This document shows, one piece after another, positions 12,444 to 24,764 of a DNA stretch of 64,000 nt (the stretch's first letter is position 1; the number at the start of each line of letters is the position of its first letter). This DNA comes from Dendrobates tinctorius (lineage: Eukaryota). The DNA is taken from assembly GCF_039654945.1 (NCBI RefSeq), contig NW_027361810.1:32364001-32428000 (forward strand), read 5' to 3'. The notes beneath the pieces are model-generated. The model did no database searches and was not told the origin of the DNA. It saw only the letters and a list, made by a program, of their open reading frames with translations. Both the position numbers and the translations under genes were made by a program.

Positions 12444-15400
12444 AAAATAAACCTCAGTTTTGGACCCAGGTGGTAATGCGGGTCGCCCCAGACCATCAAG
12501 AAAATTGTAGATTTTTGATGTTGCATAATTTGCATGATACCATTGTTCTGGGGTTTCCCAGGTTGCAAATTCATAATCCAGTTTTGGATTGGAAATCTGT
12601 ATCTGTGGTGAGTTGGGGTTGTCGGTGTGCCCTTAGTGAGGCTCCGGTTTTTTCCACCTCTCCTCAGTCGCATGATGTTCCTGACTATTTGGCGGACTTT
12701 TATGATGTATATAGTGAGAATGAGTTTGCGTCTTTGCCTCCTCATAGGAGTTATGACTGTGCAATTGAACTGAGCCCGGGGTGTAAATTTCCCAAGGGTC
12801 GGCTCTTCAATTTATCTGTACCCGAGCACGAGGCTATGCGATCCTATATTAAGGAGGCATTGGAGAAGGGTCATATTAGACCATCCTCTTCACCCTTAGG
12901 TGCCGGGTTTTTTTTCGTGGCCAAAAAGGATGGTTCATTAAGGCCTTGTATTGATTATCGTGCCCTCAACAAAATTACTATTAAATATCAGTATCCGCTA
13001 CCCCTGATTTTGGTTCTATTCTCCAGAGTTAAAGGTGCTTGCTTGTTTACCAAGCTTGACCTCAGGGGGGCGTATAATCTTATCCGCATTAAGCATGGGG
13101 ATGAATGGAAGACAGCGTTTAATACTCCGGAGGGACATTTTGAGTACCTGGTGATGCCTTTTGGGCTCACTAATGCCCCTTCTGTCTTCCAGTGCTTCAT
13201 GAACGACATTTTCCGAGACTTTGTGGATACATTTTTGATTATCTATCTGGATGATATTTTGATCTTCTCCAAGGATTGGGATTCTTATGTGGAACATGTT
13301 CGGATCTTGAGGGAGAATTCCCTGTATGTCAAAGGATCGAAATGCCTTTTTGGGGTACAGAGGATTTCATTTTTGGGATTTATTTTGTCTCTGTCAACTA
13401 TTGAAATGGACCCGGCCAAGGTACAGGCCATTTATGATTGGGTTCAGCCCACTTCTTTGAAGGCCCTCCAGAAGTTTTTGGGTTTTGCTAATTTTTATCG
13501 GAAATTTATAGCAAAATTTTCTAGTATTGCCAAGCCATTGACTGATCTGACTAAGAAGGGTGCTGATGTGTTGAATTGGTCTCCGGAGGCTGTTTCCTCC
13601 TTTCAGGAGCTGAAGCGAAGATTCACTTCTGCCCCAGTTTTGCGGCAACCTGATGTCTCACTCCCGTTCCAGGTAGAGGTGGACGCTTCTGAGATTGGTG
13701 CAGGAGCTGTTTTGTCCAAAAAGGATCCTGTAACATCTAAAATGAATCCCTATGCTTTCTTTTCCCGAAAGTTCTCTCCATCTGAACGTAACTATGATGT
13801 GGGGAATCGAGAACTGTTAGCCATGAAATGGGCATTTGAGGAGTGGAGACATTGGTTGGAGGGAGCTAAACATCAAGTCGTGGTCCTCACTGACCACAAG
13901 AATTTGATTTACCTGGAGTCGGCCAAACGCTTGAACCCTAGACATGCTAGGTGGGCCTTGTTTTTTACACGTTTTGATTTTGTGGTCTCTTTTCTTCCTG
14001 GCACTAAGAATGTCAAGGCTGACGCTCTCTCTAGGAGCTTCTTTGCTGATTCTCCTGTGGTGACCAAGCCTGCTACCATCTTAGGCGAAGGGGTAGTTCT
14101 TTCTGCCATCTCGCCCGATTTGAGACGTGCTCTGGAAGAGTTCCAGGAGGACAAACCTGAGCGTTGTCCCAGTGGAAAGTTGTATGTTCCTGACCAGTGG
14201 AAGAAGAGAGTGATGTCTGAAGTTCATTGCTCTGCATTGGCTGGTCATCCAGGTATTTTTGGTACTAGAGATCTGGTGAGTCGGTCTTTTTGGTGGCCCG
14301 CCTTGTCTCGTGATGTCAGGAATTTTGTGCAGTCCTGTGGGACTTGCTCCCGGTCTAAACCTTGTTCTCGCTCTAGTGGGTTGTTGATGCCTTTGCCGGT
14401 CCCCAAGAGGCCATGGACCCATATTTCAATGGATTTCATCTCTGATATGCCGGTCTCTCAGAGAATGACTGTTATTTGGGTGATTTGTGATAGGTTCTCT
14501 AAGATGGTTCATCTTGTACCACTCCCTAAGTTGCCATCTTCCTCTGAGTTGGTGCCCCTGTTTTTGCAACAGGTGGTTCGCTTGCACGGGATTCCTGAGA
14601 GCATTGTATCTGACAGAGGAGTTCAGTTTGTGTCTAGATTTTGGAGGACTTTCTGTTCCAAGCTGGGAATTCAGTTGTCCTTCTCCTCTGCTTTTCACCC
14701 TCAGACCAATGGGCAGACGGAGAGAACAAACCAGACCTTGGAGTCATATTTGAGATGTTTTATTTCCACTAATCAGGATGATTGGGTTTCATTTTTGCCC
14801 TTGGCCGAATTTGCTTTAAATAATAGAGCTATTTCTGCCACTTTGATGTCACCTTTTTTTTGTAACTTTGGGTTTCATCCTCGATTTTCTTCAGGGCAGG
14901 TGGAGCCTTCGGCCTGCCCAGGTGTTGACACTGTGGTGGAGAGAATGCACCAGATCTGGGACCAAGTGGTGGATAAGTTATCTCTCTCCCAGGAAAAGGC
15001 CCAGCGGTTTTCCAACCGACATAGGACCATTGGTCCCCTGTTTAAGGTTGGTGATATGGTTTGGTTATCATCAAAAAATATCGCTATGAAGGTGGCTTCT
15101 CCTAAGTTTAAGCCTAGATTTATTGGACCTTACAAGATTTTGGAGATTATTAATCCGGTCTCTTTTCGTTTGGCTCTTCCTGTCACATTTAAAATCCATA
15201 ATGTGTTTCATAAGTCCTTGTTGAAGAGGTTTGTTGAACCAGTTGTTCCTGGGGTGGCACCTCCGGACCCTGTATTGGTTGAAGGTAACATGGAATATGA
15301 GGTAGAGAAGATACTGGATTCCCGTCTGGCTAGACGGAGACTCCAGTATTTGGTTAAGTGGAAGGGTTATGGTCAGGAGGATAATTCCTGGGTCTCTGCC

Positions 15401-15538
15401 TCTGATATTCATGCCAAAAGATTGGTGCGTGCCTTTCATCGGGCTCACCCTGATCGCCCTGGTGGCGTGGATGAAGGTTCGGTGACCCCTCCTCAAGGGG
15501 GAGGTACTGTTGTGAGTTCATTTTCCCCTCACCATTGA
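12437..15538 (+). CDS. pol: Gypsy Pol remnant: reverse transcriptase, RNase H, integrase, chromodomain
   Basis: 1033-aa ORF with LRPCIDYR, YLDD, VDAS/ELLA RNase H motifs, HHCC and D-D-E integrase, GPY, and a YEVEKILD...YLVKWKGY chromodomain. Confidence 0.95.
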   Translation: MVKNKPQFWTQVVMRVAPDHQENCRFLMLHNLHDTIVLGFPRLQIHNPVLDWKSVSVVSWGCRCALSEAPVFSTSPQSHDVPDYLADFYDVYSENEFASLPPHRSYDCAIELSPGCKFPKGRLFNLSVPEHEAMRSYIKEALEKGHIRPSSSPLGAGFFFVAKKDGSLRPCIDYRALNKITIKYQYPLPLILVLFSRVKGACLFTKLDLRGAYNLIRIKHGDEWKTAFNTPEGHFEYLVMPFGLTNAPSVFQCFMNDIFRDFVDTFLIIYLDDILIFSKDWDSYVEHVRILRENSLYVKGSKCLFGVQRISFLGFILSLSTIEMDPAKVQAIYDWVQPTSLKALQKFLGFANFYRKFIAKFSSIAKPLTDLTKKGADVLNWSPEAVSSFQELKRRFTSAPVLRQPDVSLPFQVEVDASEIGAGAVLSKKDPVTSKMNPYAFFSRKFSPSERNYDVGNRELLAMKWAFEEWRHWLEGAKHQVVVLTDHKNLIYLESAKRLNPRHARWALFFTRFDFVVSFLPGTKNVKADALSRSFFADSPVVTKPATILGEGVVLSAISPDLRRALEEFQEDKPERCPSGKLYVPDQWKKRVMSEVHCSALAGHPGIFGTRDLVSRSFWWPALSRDVRNFVQSCGTCSRSKPCSRSSGLLMPLPVPKRPWTHISMDFISDMPVSQRMTVIWVICDRFSKMVHLVPLPKLPSSSELVPLFLQQVVRLHGIPESIVSDRGVQFVSRFWRTFCSKLGIQLSFSSAFHPQTNGQTERTNQTLESYLRCFISTNQDDWVSFLPLAEFALNNRAISATLMSPFFCNFGFHPRFSSGQVEPSACPGVDTVVERMHQIWDQVVDKLSLSQEKAQRFSNRHRTIGPLFKVGDMVWLSSKNIAMKVASPKFKPRFIGPYKILEIINPVSFRLALPVTFKIHNVFHKSLLKRFVEPVVPGVAPPDPVLVEGNMEYEVEKILDSRLARRRLQYLVKWKGYGQEDNSWVSASDIHAKRLVRAFHRAHPDRPGGVDEGSVTPPQGGGTVVSSFSPHH

Positions 15539-16006
15539 GGTCTGATGAACTCCCTCTTCTATAGTCTTTTTGAAGCCTAGCGTCTTCAGGGCTTTTTTCC
15601 CTATCAGTCTGTTGGCTCTTGTTATGATAGGGTTTTTCGCAGATTGCAGACAGCAGCCTTTCTATCCTTTCCTATTTAGTTAGCTTGGGCCCCATCATTT
15701 GCTCAGCCTATCTTTCTATCTGTGTGAGTGTTTTTTCATCTTGCTTCACCGTCATTATATGTTGGGGGCTGCCTATTGCTTTGGGGTCTGCTCTGGGGCA
15801 GTTTAGATTTCCCTTTCTCTCTTTAGGCTATTTAGCTCTCCGGCTGTGATCGAGGGGTCTAGGGCACCGTAGGAACCCCCCACGGCTACTGCTAGTTGTT
15901 GTTGATAGGTTCAGGGGTCTGCAATCCGATAGCTGCCAACTTCTCTGGTTTTCTGGACTTAGCTAGTATTTCTGTTTTTGCCTCCTACGGTGACTCATTC
16001 ATAACA
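15508..16006 (+). repeat. 3' LTR with 300-bp internal deletion (499 bp)
   Basis: Same termini as the 5' LTR. Joins tccctcttct directly to atagtctttt. Confidence 0.93.
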
Positions 16007-17879
16007 GGAATGGTTGGTGATATCAACTTTCTGTTTGTGGCACATTAGTATATGGGAGGGGGAAAAAGTTTCAAGGTGGGTGGTGATCATGGTGGCCATT
16101 TTGAAGTTGACCATTTTTGATGCAACTTTATAAATGGTCCACCCAGGTGTATCCATATAAATGGCCCACCCTGTAAAATTAAAAGTTGAAGGGACTCTAT
16201 CATGTGATTCATACTGCCCAAACCGGGGGATATCAGAAAAGATCCTGGCTGGGTGGGGACATTGCCAGAGACATGACTGATTGGATCCAGCACTGTCCCC
16301 GGCCGGATTCTCCCAGTGCTGCTCCAAGTGATTGACAGGACACCTATGGGAGAGGTCTGTCAATCACCTTGCCCACCACTTGGGAAGCTCGGGAGGTTAC
16401 TATTCTTTCAGGTACTGTTCACATCTTCATTACAACCTCTATTCGAAGCTTCCATTGTAGATCTGGCCAAAAGTACTGGACTAGAGAGCTATTTTGTCCT
16501 ATAAAATGCCAAGCCCTTTAAAGGTAACCTAACAAATGTCATTATGGTGAATGTAGACTGCCAGGTGCCACGGGTGTCCAGCGGGTTAGAAGTCAGACAC
16601 TGGCATTAATTTACTAATTCTGCTCCTATGACAGAGCAAAGCAACAGAATGAAATCACGGCAGTCAGCAGCCATAGTGTTATCTCTTACCCCCTTACCAC
16701 CCTGCGCATTACCGCGGTATCGCCATAATCGAATTAACGTGGTGAATCAAGATGCCAGGTCATTTTTTATCTTTCAGTAAATAAAAAAATAATAAGACAC
16801 AAATAATGTCAGAATCACAGGTTGTTGTTTTTTTCAATTTCACTGCACTTGGAATTTTTTATTCTCGGACATTGTATATTAAAACGAATGGTGCCATTCA
16901 AAACTACAACACGTTCCGCAAAAAAGTCAAAGCTCTCATAGGTCTATGAGGAAAGAAAAATAAAAAGAGTAATGGCCCTTGGAAGAAGGAAAAAATGAAA
17001 ACGCCAAAAATGAAAATTGTCTGTGTCGGGAAGGGGTTAAAGGAGGATCCTCAGCCACCTCTTATGTGTCTAAAGTAGATTGTCAGCTTTAGCCCTGTCC
17101 ATAAGGTGCTGTGTAATAATAGGGTCAGGTGCTAAAGATATTTTAGACCCTTTTTAGGTCGATGGTTGACTGACAACTCATAGCCGGCTGTCACTTCCTT
17201 TAGCCTGTATTTATTTTGCAGGTCACACCGAGTTCAATACTCAGACAATGATGATGACGATGATGAACATAACCTGACTGACCAGTGATCGCTGTTCTCA
17301 TTTACACAACTCAGAAAAAAATTTGTATCACCCAGATTTATGCAATCTTGGGTTTGGCTTGAAAAATCTCCAAAAGCCGATAGGCGGATTTCATTGTAAT
17401 ATATCGTCTTACATTCCTTGTTCTTCCAGTACAGAAAGGAAATAGAAAATGTATGATTCATCCAGGGAAATCATCCCTGTACTTATGGCCGCTGTCTGAG
17501 GAAGCTGCATAAACTTCTCAACACTCATTGTTGACTTGTGGCCTGCAAGAATCTTCAGATTTTTCACAGTTCTTCAGTGGTTGGACACATTAATGAGCGA
17601 GCGTTCTTCACAAGCATAGATACCATACTATATACAGTATGTTCAAGTGTTGCCTTTAAATTATTCTTTGGAGGTGCAACAGCTCCAAATCTTGTCTGCG
17701 CTAATTTATATTCATAAGGCCTCATTTTCTCACAGGCAAAAGACGATCAGAAATGTATCGGTGTTATTTTTATCAGAGTTTGATCAAAGTTTCATCAGTT
17801 TTACTGATGGAGGTTTCTCAGATCATATAATCCCTGAAAAATGAACTGCTTTAATGTTCGGAGTACCAGGGGAAGTCAG

Positions 17880-18776
17880 GACGACAGGGAGGAGAGTGAG
17901 AGAGGAGAGTGTGAGGAGGGAGAGAGAGTGAGAGTGAAGAGGGAGAGAGTGAGGAGGGAGAGGAGAGAGGAGAGTGTGAGGAGGGAGAGAGAGTGAGAGT
18001 GAGGAGGGAGAGGAGAGTGGGGGAGTGAAGAGGAGAGTGAGAGAGGAGAGAGTGAGGAGGGAGAGAGTGAAGAGGGAGAGAGTGAAGAGGCAGAGAGAGT
18101 GAGAGAGGAAAGTGAGGGAGTGAAGAGGAGAGTGAGAGAGGAGAAATAAAGAGAAGAGAGAATTGGCAAAGAGAGAGGAGAGTGTGAGGAGGGAGAGAGA
18201 GTGAGAGTAGGAGAGGGAGAGTGAGGAGGGAGAGATAGGGAGAGAGAGTGAGAGAGGAGAGTGAGGGAGTGAAGAGGAGAGTGAGAGAGGAGAGTGAGGG
18301 AGTGAAGAGGAGAGTGAGAGAGGAGAATTAAAGAGGAGGGAGAATTGGTGAGGAGGGAGAGAGAGTGAGAGTAGGAGAGGGAGAGTGAGGAGAGTGAGGA
18401 GGGAGAGAGTGAGGAGGGAGAGAGAGTGAGAGAGGAGAGTGAGGGAGTGAAGAGGAGAGTGAGAGAGGAGAATTAAAGAGGAGAGAGAATTGGCGAAGAG
18501 AGAGGAGAGTGAGAGAGGAGATTGTGAGGAGAGAGAGTGAGAGTAGGAGAGGGAGAGTGAGGAGGGAGAGAGAGTGAAAGAGGAGGGAGGGAGGAAAGTG
18601 AGTGAGGGAGTGAAGAGGGAGAGAAAGAGGAGAGTGAGAGAGGAGAATTAAAGATTTTAGTGAAGAGAGAGGAGAGTGAGAGGAGAGATAGGAGGGAGAG
18701 AGGAGAGTGAAAGTGAGAAAGGAAAGTGAGAGAGGAGAGCTAAGAGACAGCGAGAGGAGGGAGAGAGAGGAGAGAG
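17880..18776. repeat. GA-rich simple satellite, about 900 bp
   Basis: Nearly pure purine tract of gagagtgaggaggga-like units. Confidence 0.93.
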
Positions 18777-21700
18777 TTTTTTCCAGATCCTAAGTTTGGG
18801 TCTCCATTGTTTTCAGGTTCTGGTTCAAGCTCAGGTACAGTTCAATCTTCCACGGGTTCACTCATCATTCATGGACCCACAGACTTGCATTTGATGAGTT
18901 TGACCTGAGACTCGAATCAAAAATCAGACATGTTTTCGTGATTTCGTGCAGACCACTTGGTCCTCAAACCTACACTGACGTGAACAACCCCATAGACTAT
19001 AATAGTTACGAGTTCCATCTGATTGAGCCCTTAGTGGAAGATGCAGACCCTTGATTACAGCCATCAGTTCGGATCCTAGTAGCCTGGCCTCCATCAATCA
19101 GCTAGTGGTGAGAATTAGGTCTTACTTAGGCATCCAGTTTCCTCATACGAGTGCTATCCGTGGTTCTCACTCGTACCTGTGATAGACTATGGGGCCATTC
19201 ACATGTCCTTGATTTTTCACAGACAGAGCAGTCCACGGGAGATCGCAGAGGCATGCTTGTTTTTGATTTGATGATTAGTCAAAATCAACCATGAAAATCA
19301 ATTGGTCAGTGAAAAACTCGAACCACACTCGGATGACGCCTGATTGCGGTCTGATTTTCATGGTCTTCAAGAAAAAAGAAGTAGGTATAGAAACTTTTTT
19401 TTTCCATGTACAAGAAAAGCAGATGACACTCGGGCCACACTCTGATCAAACTCTGATTAATTGGCCTGATATTTTTGTATGTGGAAAAACTGGTCGTCTG
19501 CATGAGGCCTTAATAGGAGGATTAGAATGGCACCATGAGAAGAAATTATCACAATGGACATGTTTAAGGGGAACCTGTCACTGCGGAAAAAACTAATTTA
19601 CTTGCCGATATAGGGATAATATGAAGGTAAATAGAGTTACAAAAATGCCTTACCACCTTACTGAAAGTGCGGCTACTGTGAGAAAATGAACTTATCTCAC
19701 AAGACCTGCTGGCTTTCAGTCATGGGGATGTGCATGGAGCTCACATGTGCTCGCTCCAGCACTTTGATTGACAGCTTACTCTGCAATGATTTGCTGCAGT
19801 GCCGACTATCAAACATTGTGCCTGGTTTTGTGAGCAGTCATTGTAGCCACTCAATGCCCACCCCCTTGACTAAATGCTGGGGGCTCCCAGGAGGAATTCT
19901 GTAAAGCTCCCAGACAGCATTGCAATGCTATGTTAACCCTATATCTGCAGTTAAATGGCGTTTTCCAAGGTGATAAAATGAACTATGTTTTTTAGGCATC
20001 TTCTTCCCTATGGAAAGCCTGGAAACATGCAAATAAAAATGCAATTCCAGGGTTTCTGCACGAAATAACACATTATTGCTGGGGCTACACAGCTAATGGG
20101 GCTGCAACAATGGACACGTGGCCAAAGATCGCTGTACGCCTCTTCTACGTTGCAGCTAATTCAGATTAGTGGAATCTAGTGATAACTATTTATCTGAGTA
20201 TCTTGGGTGTGCTCGTATATTATGTTTGAGTCCTGGCTGCTGCATGATGTGCGGCTGTTACACAGCCTCAAACCATGCAGGGATTTCTTGTTTGTTAATG
20301 AATCCCCACGTGTTCAGGCTGTCTAACATACGCAAAACATGCAGCTGCGGGGACTCAAACATAATATATGAGCACACCCAAAATACTCTAATAACACCCA
20401 AGCGTGCTCGGATAACACGTTATCCGAGCACATTTGCTCATCACTAGTGGAATCGCATTGCCACCTGCAGGGAACCACGACTTTGTCATTCAAGTTTCAA
20501 AAACTTCAACCGATTCCGACTTTTTGCAACTTGCTTGTTGAGGTACGTTGCCGTACAATGTATATCCATTCATCTGCATTATGCTGTGATGCAGTAGCAA
20601 TCGTTGGCCGTGAAAACTGCGTCATCGCCGAAGTCGTCATGTAGCCTTTGGCCTCAAAACTGCTTTGAATTAACGTTTGCACCGAAAGCAGATTGAAACA
20701 ACACAGCAAAAATGCCATAATCAGAGCAGATTGCTTTTGCATATTTTGATGCAGACAAAAACGCACCAGAAAAAAAAAAACCCTGTGATTTCGCACATGG
20801 GAATGTGGCTTTGGTATTAAAATCTACACTAAAAATCTTTTCTGTCTTTGGTCTTAATGTTTTCCTCTTTGTACTATTGGGATGATCACTATAAAAACTG
20901 CTGTCAATCAAATGAATCATAAGAGCGGAAAACTGAAACTCGATTATTTATGGCAGCTGGACATTCCCCTCTACACTAATAGGCTGTGTGCCGATGCCAC
21001 AGAGGGTTTCCACTTAGGAAATAACCTTTTAGAGGTTGTGCCAAAATTACAACTTTACACCTCTCCGCGGGATCAGTGATGGCTGACTAACGGCATCGCA
21101 TTGGGTGAATCTACTGCAGATGGTATATGTTATCTACTAGATCCAAGCAGCAGCACACCCTGCGATCAGATTCCCATCAGATGACTCTCATAACAAAAAA
21201 TGCGCTGTCCTAATAGAGCAACTCCTTAAATTACTGTTTAATACAAAGTTGTGCAAGTTTCTACTATGCTTTGTGTTTCTATTCCTCCCTGATTTTAACA
21301 TCTTTACTGGTTGATTATATCCAAAGGTTGGAAATTTAAAACTTTTCACAATCGCTATAAAAAAGGTATTCAAGGGGTTTTCCAAGATCCTAAGAATTTG
21401 GGCTAGAGAAGAGGAATGGTATAAAATGACCAAATTACCTACACTCCTGCGTTTAAACTAATAGCGCTCCAGTGGTCACCGTCGGTCTTCGTTTCCTGGG
21501 CGATGACGTCCCCGCCTACTCATGAGCCCCGTTACAGTTAATAAACAACAAGGGGTTGACCGGTTGAAAACAACTTTTTACCTATCCACAGAAAAGGTTA
21601 TTGATCAGTGGGGGTGCAACTGCTGGAACCTGGACCGATTGGCAAAATCGGGAACTTTTATCCTCTTTTTAAAAAGAAGTAGCAGGTCGGATGCCTGACC

Positions 21701-24700
21701 ACCGGTCTATTAATTCTCTATGATGCTGCCGGAAAGAGCTGAGCGTAGCGCTCGACAGCCGCATTGGCAGGGCTGTGGAGTCAGTAAGCCGAACCTCCGA
21801 CTCCTCATAGAATCATAGAATCGTAGAGTTGGAAGGGACCTCCTGGGCCATCTGGTCCAACCCCCTGCTCAAAGCAGGATTCGCTAAATCATCCCAGTCA
21901 GATGTCTGTCCAGCCTCTGTTTGAAGACTTCCATTGAATGAGAACTCACCACTTCTCGTGGCAGCATGTTCCACTCATTGATCACTCTAACTGTCAAAAA
22001 GTTTTTTCTAATATCTAATCTGTGTCTCCTCCCATTCAGTTTCATCCCATTGCTTCTAGTCTTTCCTTGTGCAAGTGAGAATAAAGTTGATCCTTCTACA
22101 ATGTGACAGCCCTTTAGATATTTGTAGACAGCTATTAAGTCTCCTCTCAGTCTTCTCTTTTGCAAACTAAACAATCCCAAATCCTGCAACCTTTCCTCAT
22201 AAGACAGGGTTTGCAGACCGGTCACCATTCTGATTGCTTTTTTCTGAACTTGCTCCAGTTTGTTGATGTATTTTTTTAAAATGTGCCCAAAACTGGACAC
22301 AATATTCTAGATGAGGTCTGACCAAAGAGGAGTAGAGGGAAATAATGACTTCACGTGATCTAGACTGTATGCTTCTGTTAATGCATCCTAGAATTGCATT
22401 TGCCTTTTTTGCTGCTGCATCACACTGTTGACTCATATTCAGTCTGTGATCTATTAGTATACCCAAGTCTTTTTCACATGTGCTGTTGCTTAGGCCTATG
22501 CCTCCCATTCTGTATATGCTTTTTTCATTTTTATTGCCCAGATTTAGTACTTTGCATTTTTCCCTGTTAAAAACCATTCTGTTAGTTGCTGCCCACTTCT
22601 CCAGTTTATTTAAATCTTTTTGAATCCTTTCTCTCTCTTCTCTAGTATTAGCTATCCCTCCTAGCTTTGTGTCATCAGCAAATTTAATCAGTTTACCCTC
22701 AATTCCTTCATCTAAATCGTTGATAAAGATGTTGAACAATACAGGGCCCAGGACAGAGCCCTGTGGTACCCCACTTGATACATTCTTCCAACTGGATGTG
22801 CAGCCATTTACGACCACTCTTTGGGTCCGATCACTAAGCCAGTTATGAATCCACCTAACAGTTGCCTTGTCCATTCCATACTTAGTCATTTTTTCAATAA
22901 GGATTGTATGAGATACTTTGTCAAATGCTTTGCTGAAGTCAAGATATACTATATCTACAGCATTTCCTTGATCCACCCAATCAGTGATTCCATCATAGAA
23001 GGAAATTAAGTTAGTCTGACATGACTTATTAGTTACAAACCCATGCTGACTCTGTTTAATCACTTCATTCTTATCCAGGTACTGACATACATGTTGTTTA
23101 ATAATTTGTTCAAAGATCTTTCCTGGTATAGAAGTCAGACTCACCAGCCTATAGTTGCCTGGGTCCACCTTCTTCCCCTTTTTGAAGATAGGAACAACAT
23201 TTGCTCTTCTCCAGTCTTCTGGGACTTCTCCTGTTGTCCAAGAATTTTCAAAGATTATGGAGAGGGGTTCAAAAATTTCTTCTGCTATCTCCTTCAGTAC
23301 TCTGGGGTGTAATTCATCTGGACCTGGAGACTTGAATTCATTTAGGTTAGCTAAGTGTTTCCTTACTATCTTTCTGTTTATAGATATCCTGGATTCTTCT
23401 GTTTCCTTAATAGGACAGTGAAGAACAGTTGATGTTACATTTCCTTTCTGAGAGAAAACAGATGCAAAATAGGAATTTAAAAGTTCGGCCTTCTCAACAT
23501 CCTGTCTTACCATTTCATCATTTTCATCCTGTAAAAATCCTATAGCATCTTTGACTTTTCATTTACTTTTGACATATCCCCAAAATCCTTTATTATTGCT
23601 TTTGACATCTCTTGCAAGCCTCAATTCATTGTCAGCTTTAGATAATCTGATTTGTGCCCTGCAGGTTCTGCAGACAGCATTATATTCTTCTTTAGATATG
23701 CCTCCCTCTTTCCATTTTATAAACATTTTTTTCTTCCTTTTTAGCATGTGCTTAAGTTCTGTGTTCATCCATCCTGGCTTCCTTAAATGCTTCCTATTCT
23801 TCCCTCTTTTCGGAATTGTTAACAATTGTCCTTTGAGAATTTCATTTTTCAAGATTTCCCATCCTTCCTGGACATTTTTGTCTTTAAGGATATCCAGCCA
23901 TTGGATCCCTCCAATTCTCTTTATGAATCCCTTAAAATCTGCCTTTCTGAAATCTAACCTTGACGTCTGAGTCTTCACAGGTCTTCCTCCTCTAGTTATC
24001 CAAAATTCTAAAATAGCATGGTCGCTACCTCCTAGGGTCCCAGCCACTTTTACCTCCTCAACCATTTCCTCCCTGTTTATAAGGATTAGATCCAAGGTAG
24101 CAGCTCCCTTTGTTTTCTCCCCTACCTTTTGGGAGATAAAGTTGTCAGCAAGAGAGGATAAGAATTTCCTTGACCTGTTAGTTTTGCCTGAGAGAGATTC
24201 CCAACAAATGTCTGGATAGTTGAAATCTCCCATGACAACTATGCAGGCCCGGATTGGCAATATAACTAACCGGGCATTTTCCCGCTGGGCCGCTGTCACG
24301 TGGGCCGCAGGCGGCAGCGCCCGATCATCTGGCCGCTTGCCAGCTGCTGCGGCCACTGTTGCTCCTGCTGCCGGCCCTCTGCGGCACGGCAGTGATAGTT
24401 TCAAGTTCCTCCCGCACTGCAGGGAGATAAACCGCCACGCCCCCCCCATACACCCCATCCTCGCCTTAGCATAAGACCCCCTCCCCCGCAGCCACTCACA
24501 GCGTCGCACTTGCTTGCCTGCTCGCTCTGTTCGCAGGACCTGTGATGAGGTCACAGGAGGGGAGGAGTCAGGGGGTCACATGATCAGGAGCCTTTGTCCA
24601 GACCCCCGACATGTCACCCCTGACTCCGCCCCTCCTGTGACCTCATCACAGGTCCTGTGCGCTCAGCCTTGCCTCTACCGTCTGCAAGACTCTGCTTTGC

Positions 24701-24764
24701 TGTTGTCATGGTGCTGGTTGAGGTAAGTATGTGTGGGGTCAGGATTTACAGTGTGGATGTAGCA

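Larger units (their letters stand above)
10544..16006 (+). mobile_element. Full-structure but decayed Ty3/Gypsy chromovirus (Tf1/sushi-like) LTR retrotransposon
   Basis: TG...CA LTRs at 10544-11341 and 15508-16006, polypurine tract aagggggagg before the 3' LTR, flanking duplication GGAATG, and gag-PR-RT-RH-IN-chromodomain order. Confidence 0.96.

Noticed and set aside
12260-15496. Antisense ORFs over Gypsy pol (and + strand ORFs over the CR1 copies)
   Set aside because: Shadow frames of genuine coding sequence on the other strand.
23559-24554. 331-aa ORF that looks like a novel fusion protein
   Set aside because: Chance read-through from the hAT terminus into the interrupted CR1 endonuclease. 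The junction is the TSD.
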